Program-made: the position numbers and the translations under genes
In this document: piece by piece, positions 57,947 through 64,000 of the stretch
How positions within the stretch are numbered: the stretch's first letter is position 1
How the letters are laid out: each line of letters begins with the position of its first letter
Assembly (NCBI GenBank): GCA_000004985.1
Contig: GG738887.1
Length of the DNA: 64,000 nt
Reading direction: 5' to 3' (one strand)
From: Naegleria gruberi
Taxonomy: Eukaryota
Notes under the pieces: model-generated
Told to the model about the DNA's origin: nothing
What the model saw: only the letters and a program-made list of their open reading frames with translations
The model's database searches: none

Positions 57947-57993
57947 AGGTTTACTCTTATTCATTAGATATATTAGATTACATTCCAAAAAAT

Positions 57994-60219
57994 TTATTGT
58001 TGGGTATTGTATAGACCTACGGTTACAGGACTCTCTGAAGGTGTGTTAAATGATGTATATGAATTCTTAGACGACTCAGAAGACAAAGATCTACTTGATC
58101 GTGCTGTCAGTGAACCACTATTCATGTAAGGGGTAGAATTGCTAGACTTTCTTTTCTGTTGTTGGGAATGGTAGTTTGGAGAGTAGAGAGCTGAATCGTG
58201 ATTGGTAGAGACTGCATCACTGTTACTGATTGTGTAGAGTTCTGTTTCATCAAATTCGAGAGGAGTACCCACATTTTTCAATACTTGATAGTATGACGGG
58301 AAGGAAAGATCCATCTGAGCTACTCTGGAAAATATCTGTCTATGTTCTTCAGAGCTGAAATCAGTCGATTGAAGGTTAATGGTTGACTTTTTTCTGAAAG
58401 GAACTTCTGGTTCCATCATTTTAGATCCTCTATTCTTATTGTTGCTGTTCATGTAGAATCTCTTCTCCATCTGTGGCTCCTTTGAAATTATATTGCATTG
58501 CTCTCCGATATCATTCAACACTTCACCAATTTCATCAAATCTAACCGTTAAATAATCGTTTGCTTTCATTATATTTGAGAGAATTCTGTCTAGAGCAAGG
58601 GGTACCTTCTCGGTCATTAAGCAATCAAGATGGCTCTTTACATTTTCCTTAGTAATACTCAGGGTTACCTGTTGAATTGCATCATCAATTAGCTTTTCAG
58701 TCAATCTCAAATCTGTTAAGGTTTCTTCCATGAAGTTGTCATTATTACAAATGGACCTTCTATTATTTGTAATGGAAAGACTCAACCTATTTGTTGACTG
58801 CAATTTTGGAAGCGTTTGATTAGTAGGTGTAGTATCTGCTCTCAAAGTTGAGGGAGATTGATTTTCAATAATTGAAGGTATTATAATTGAAGATGGGGAT
58901 AGCACTTCTTCCACAAGCTCATCCTCCTCAATTTCTTCAAGTAATGGCTCTTCCTTATCTTCTTTAAGGTTTTCTGATATTGGGATTTGCTTCTCTTCAC
59001 ATATCAAGATATTTGGAGGAGATGGAGTATTAGAGCCTGTTGAGAGAGATTCTGAGTGAAGAATGTCGTTTGAAATTGAAAGCATGACTGGTGGGGGAGG
59101 AATAACTCCAGGAGCAATGTTAACAATTGGAGTCACTTCCTTCTTTTCTTCTTCAATAGATTTTGCCTCAACTTTAGTCTGTGGATTGATTTTAGAAAGC
59201 CTATTTCTCATTTCATCCATGAGATTAACAACTGGTCTGATTTCTTTCTTTGCCTTTTCTGAATTGTTTGATTTAGCTATTGGTGCTGATGTCTTTTTCA
59301 CAACTATCACGCTTGACGGGGTGGAGGTGGAACTGAGCCTACTGAAAGAGTAGGAGGAGGAGGAGGAATGGAGTCACTATTCATCATTGGTGGAACGCTC
59401 GAACTAGCATTAGATGGTGGAGGAGGAATAGCCAAAATTGTTAGGCTCTCTAGTTTATCTTCCTTCATCTCAATCTTTTGTTCCTTAACAGGAGAAGAAT
59501 GCTTCTTTTGTGGAAGAGTAGGAGGTGATTTTGTAAATGATGTTTTCCTACTGATTTCTGACTGCTCACTTGGAGTGGTTGGAACTCTTGGAAGAGGACG
59601 TGCCACATTAGATGTCTTTCGTCTGATAACAGAAGGTAATGGAGGAAGTTTTGAATTGAGAATGGATTTTGTTTCTTCATCAATCTCAACTGGTTGATTC
59701 TTATTGAGCAGGTCCACTACATTATTTTCTTCATAGGAATGAGCCATTAGGACTTCTTCCATCATTGAACGATTCAAATTAGACTCTAATGAATTACTGA
59801 CAACAGTTGGTTCCAAAAGATTACTAGATAGATTTACAGATTCTTCTTCTTTAACAACTAACTGAGTGGACGACATTTCTTTTTCAATCTTATTAAACCG
59901 ATAAGGAGATGAAAGTGTAGGCGATTTTGGAGACGAAACTAAATGATGAATTCGCAGAAGGACTCTTTGGCGATGATGGATTTGAAACACTTGTTCTCTC
60001 CTCAATAAATTCCCTCATTCTTTTAACGAAAAACCTTGTTCCAACCTGAGGAGGTTCTGATAAACTTGCAGTATTAGCCAATAATTCCTCTTGATTATCC
60101 AATGATGATAATAATAATTGCGGAGAAGGAGGTTGTTGTTGATTCAAATTTGCAGGTTGATCCTCCCCTGATCTGATGAGCGGTATTGATTTTTCTTTTT
60201 GATGATCATCAGTATTCAT
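57994..60219 (-). CDS. Pro/Ser-rich low-complexity protein. Three consecutive track ORFs in different frames point to an unresolved intron or frameshift near 59890-60005 and another near 59307-59310.
   Basis: ATG at 60219. Poly-proline tracts (PPPPPTLSVGSVPPPP). No globular domain recognised. Confidence 0.3.
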
Positions 60220-60607
60220 ATTGTGTTGGTAGGTTTGTTGTTTGCCAAGTGTTCTTGTTGAGGCTGTTTGAGGTAATTTACGATTTTTTTTCTGGTTGGC
60301 TAAAATGATTTTCCCGCCATTTTTTTATAATGTTCTCAGCTTGATGGTTTGCTTTCAAATCTTTTTAAGATTTCGAATAGAAATTATTGTAAATGCAATA
60401 GTTTAGAATTAAAAGTTTCGAATAGTTACAAAAAGTGAATGGTCATTTAAATCAAGTTTACCAAAAACTTCAACTTTCCAAAACCTATCCAATTAAATGT
60501 AACCGCCATCATTCACTTCATCTTTCGTAACTAAAACAGAGATACTTTCCGTCGCTTTTCGAATAAAAAATTACGAAAGTAAAAAAACACAAAAAACTCA
60601 CTCCAAC

Positions 60608-61780
60608 ATGGCCGCTCTCGATGCCAACACAGTGGACGATGACTATGTCGATTCGTTTGCCTCCCTTGAACATGACAATCACCTAGCCAGCATACCAGAT
60701 ATTCATCTCAATAACACCAACACCAACAACAATACTTATAAATTAACTCCAATAGGACAATTCGTAAAATCCGATTCACCACCAGCAGACCTTCATGATA
60801 ATGATCATACTGTTGAAAATGGAAGTGATGACAATATTAATCAAACACAAGAATTGCCATCGACTTCATCTCAACCAAATCCACAAAGTTTTTACTATGA
60901 GAAAAATTCTGCAACAAGAAGAAAAACACCAAAATTTAATAATTTGAATGAGGAAGAGGAGTTAATGATGGGAGAAATGATTGAATTGGATGATGTTGAT
61001 TTGGGATCACCTCCTTTGAAGAATGGACCTTTTCAAAGTCAATTGAGAATGTTGGATGATCATCAAACAATTTCAACACCAACAGTTGACAGTTCGAATG
61101 ATGACAAGCATAAATCAGTTTGGAGTGATTTGGCATTACAGTTTTTGAAAGGAGATATGGCTGATGAATTTTTGACATTTGAAGATGCTGAGGTATCACC
61201 TGAAATGTTGAAACTCTTACATGAGAATAAGAAGACAATTGACAATCGAAAATTATTATGGAGATTATTATCTGGTGGATTTTTATTTAGTTTTTTATAT
61301 GCATTGGGTGGATGTTTCATTTTCATCTTGTTTGGATTTTGTTTTTCATTGCCTTGTGCATTACAATTATGGAGAATTGCCAAGTTTCTTACCTATCCCT
61401 ATACGAAATCAGAAACCTACTTTTATTTACTATGTTTAATCAATACTGATCCTAAGAATACCCCATCAACTAGCTCAACACTTGACAGAAGAATGTCAAT
61501 TGCCTCCTCAATGACCACTCAAACCCTAGATAGAAAATATAGTGTGACAACAGTCAAGGAAGCACGACAAATCCTCTTCCAAGAGAAGGAAAATAAGGGA
61601 ATTTTATTGTGGATTGCCAATATTGTTTGGTTATGTTTATTTGGTTGGTGGATTGCCTTGTTGCATTTGATATTTGGTGGGTTAATGCTTGCCTCTAGAG
61701 TTGGAGCTGATTTTGGAAAGAGACACTTGTCATTGATTAAATTAGCACTATTGCCATTCGGTTTATCAATTAAGAAATAG
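60608..61780 (+). CDS. Protein with a C-terminal YccF-like (DUF307, inner-membrane-component) domain and a ~200-aa N-terminal region (390 aa).
   Basis: NIVWLCLFGWWIALLHLIFGGLMLASRVGADFGKRHLSLIKLALLPFGLS closely matches bacterial YccF NIFWLIFFGWWLCLMHIATG...IPVGIANFKIAAIALWPVG. The first half-repeat LLWRLLSGGFLFSFLYALGGCFIFILFGFCFSLPCALQLWRIAKFLTYPY is also present. Confidence 0.6.
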   Translation: MAALDANTVDDDYVDSFASLEHDNHLASIPDIHLNNTNTNNNTYKLTPIGQFVKSDSPPADLHDNDHTVENGSDDNINQTQELPSTSSQPNPQSFYYEKNSATRRKTPKFNNLNEEEELMMGEMIELDDVDLGSPPLKNGPFQSQLRMLDDHQTISTPTVDSSNDDKHKSVWSDLALQFLKGDMADEFLTFEDAEVSPEMLKLLHENKKTIDNRKLLWRLLSGGFLFSFLYALGGCFIFILFGFCFSLPCALQLWRIAKFLTYPYTKSETYFYLLCLINTDPKNTPSTSSTLDRRMSIASSMTTQTLDRKYSVTTVKEARQILFQEKENKGILLWIANIVWLCLFGWWIALLHLIFGGLMLASRVGADFGKRHLSLIKLALLPFGLSIKK

Positions 61781-62012
61781 TTTGGCAATAAAATTGTCAA
61801 TCAGTCCAAATAAACATTGTAAGTCCTGTACTTGTTTGCTTAATTCTCATAAACAGCAACTGTTGTAAAGTCCTCAGAAACCTTGTAATCCCTTGATATC
61901 ACTTAAAATTAATAAGTGAAATTTTTTTAAAACGCTTAATGCTATAAATGTTTTATAATGATATTTAAATTATTTAGTGGTAGAGTCAATACTAATTTAT
62001 TTTACATTCTTA

Positions 62013-64000
62013 TCATATTCTGTAATGTGGTAATCCATTCAAATCATATTGAGGTTGTGATTGGTTGTATTGTGGTGGAGGTTGTTGATTTGGTTGATTG
62101 TATAAAGCAGTGTTTTGTGGATATTGTTGTTGTGGTTGTTGATTTGGTTGTTGTTGTGGTGGTTGTTGAGGATAGGAAGGTACATTAGGATAAACTTGAG
62201 GTTGACTAGTACTTGTTGATGAGGAAGAAGCATTGGTATTATTACTATGGAAATCAGTATTACCATTGTTGAATCTTAGTGAACTTGTTGGTTGATCTAC
62301 ATTCAGTTTTGCCATTGAAGCACCACCATAGAATGAATCAACTTGAATTGGAATTTTTGGCTCAATTCTGTGAGCTTTCATATAGGAAAGGAATTGAGTT
62401 GGAATTTCTTTCAAAACTTCTTGAGCCAACACACTTGGATGACTATTCTTGTAATTGTTGAATGGAACAAATTGAACAATGTCTCTTGACATTCTTACTC
62501 CAGTGCTAGAGACGAGTGGTGTTTCGTCAGCATCCAATATATTCATGTTGGTAAAGTCAGCATTTCCAACACCAACAATGATAATAGAGAGTGGTAATGT
62601 GGATGCATTGACAACGGCATCAATGGTTTGATTCATGTCAGTAATTTCACCATCAGTCAAGATTAATAGAATATAATAAGTAGTTTCTGCATAGGTTCTG
62701 GCAAATCCAGCGGCAGTATTGATAACTTGAGAAAAGTTAGTAGGACCATAGAGTTGACATTGTGACAGGGCATAGTTATAGGCATCAAGAATTCCTTGAA
62801 CACCTGACACTTCAGGATTTTGCCAATTTAAATTGGCTGGAAAGCAATGAGAAACATCATAACGAGGTGGAATCTTGGCCCCAAACGAATAAACCGGAAA
62901 CTTCTTATCAGTATCATAATAACTCAAAATATCACCAACTGTGACAATGGCACGTTGGTAATCATTCATAAAGTTTGGTTGACGGTAATGGAGAGAAGTA
63001 GGTTGCATTGGGTCACCATTTGAAGCAGTAAAATCAATAGCACAAATGAGCGAAACTTCTGATCCTCCTCTAATATATTCCAAGAAAGTATGCATTTGTT
63101 CCACTTTGATACTTTCAATCGTAATATTTCCACTTCCAATGTATGATTTTTTCTTCTTTTTCAATTCAGGATTCACCAAAATGTAACTCTTTTGAGAACC
63201 TGACTTTACTAATTCGTCCAATGTTGTCTGGTGGAAACCAATTAATTCATGGTTTCCAGATCTATTCCAATCATAAACCTCCAATCTAATAGGTCTATTA
63301 TAATCACCATTACACAATCTTTGAACAGTCAATTCAAATGGTTTCCAACTACAGTTCAAAGTCTTGGTGAAATATTCACTCTTATAAACAGGTGAAAATT
63401 GCTCGGAACTAACATCACCTCTAGAAATAATCAGGAAGGGATCAGATTTACCAAAAAAGTAATTCTTTGAATCAAGATTCTTGGCAGAACATTTCAAATA
63501 GAGCATTTGGTTTGCATTCTTGACTTCCTCAGCACGGACAGCAATGTATCCTCTCTTTACGTGAGGATTTTGAGGAAGGAGAATTGGCTTCATCAATCGA
63601 CCTCCTTTGGATCCGACAATTTCAGCCAATGTGCAATACATTTCACCAACCATTTCCTGATCTTGTATTCTGATGGAATGTTGATTATCAATATCCACAA
63701 TGACAAACTTTAAATATTGATTGGTCTCGAATCGATATTTGAGAATGAATTTTTGGACAAACTATTTCGTTCAATATACATATGTATTGATAATGATGAA
63801 ATGATATTATTGTGATCAATTAATTATATTATTTGATGATATAATTTAATTAAATTAAATAATCATCATGATGAGAATACATGATGAGAGAATACATACC
63901 TTTGGATTTAAATTATCCCAAATAATTTCTGTCTTGCCAATTTCCAACCAATTGTTACCATCCTTCATGTAGATAAAAACCTGTGGATCGGTCTTGGACA
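62013..64000 (-). CDS. Copine (C2 domains plus vWA domain) with a P/Q-rich C-terminal tail. 5' partial: it continues beyond the window end. Exons >64000..63900 and 63707..62013; intron 63899..63708 (192 nt, GTATGT..TAAAG).
   Basis: Upstream exon encodes the C2-like SKTDPQVFIYMKDGNNWLEIGKTEIIWDNLNPK. The vWA region has TYYILLILTDGEITD and IIIVGVGNADF. The C-terminal QQPPQQQPNQQPQQQY tail is low-complexity. Confidence 0.75.

Noticed and set aside
61958-62266. ORFs 61958..62188(+) and 62039..62266(-) with V/N/H-rich translations.
   Set aside because: They lie within or antisense to the low-complexity CAA/CCA-rich region that encodes the P/Q-rich C-terminal tail of the copine gene. They are repeat-driven artefacts.
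1-64000. Interpretation as a prokaryotic or phage accessory island with an operon-encoded novel system.
   Set aside because: Genes are interrupted by GT-AG introns. tRNA genes carry introns and Pol III terminators. Proteins are typical eukaryotic families (PARP1, copine, syntaxin, Arp, MORN, F-box/LRR). No RBS/operon structure is present.

Overview
The window reads as a gene-dense, AT-rich (~65-70% A+T) eukaryotic nuclear region, not a prokaryotic locus. Evidence: short spliceosomal introns (39-203 nt, mostly 40-110) with GTAAGT/GTATGT donors and AG acceptors; two Pol III tRNA-type genes (one a clear intron-containing tRNA-Tyr); TAA-dominated stop usage; Q/N- and S-rich low-complexity proteins. 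Tenascin-type EGF repeats add to an overall picture that most resembles a dictyostelid-like amoebozoan, but this is inference only. About 38 protein-coding genes sit on both strands, with intergenic gaps often under 500 bp. I rebuilt exon/intron structures by hand for: an EGF-repeat receptor-like Ser/Thr kinase (5' partial), a cytochrome P450, an Elongin-C/Skp1-fold protein, an actin-related protein, a GapN-type ALDH, a 4TM lipase-like alpha/beta hydrolase, a 7TM-RGS receptor, an Old-Yellow-Enzyme oxidoreductase, a GH31 alpha-glucosidase, a syntaxin, a PARP1-like polymerase, a TMC-like channel, a Nudix hydrolase and a copine (5' partial). Other calls: steroid 5-alpha-reductase family, AlgH/YqgE-domain protein, YccF(DUF307)-domain protein, MORN, arrestin-like, F-box/LRR (x2), MACPF-like, EF-hand, and several low-complexity hypotheticals. 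There is no operon-like defence or biosynthetic system. The observations most worth checking are: (i) an 8-nt micro-exon in the PARP gene that supplies the invariant YM of the catalytic VTGYMFGKGIYFAD motif; (ii) an in-frame TAG inside an otherwise intact Elongin-C-like ORF; (iii) a 7TM-RGS receptor with a large ectodomain; (iv) a ~150-bp imperfect inverted repeat and a separate cluster of direct/tandem repeats that look like mobile-element debris; (v) a tRNA-like Pol III gene with an unusually long insertion. The supplied ORF track reports M at non-ATG starts (TTG/GTG/CTG), so true starts were re-derived where possible. Coordinates of splice sites are hand-derived and may be off by 1-2 nt.
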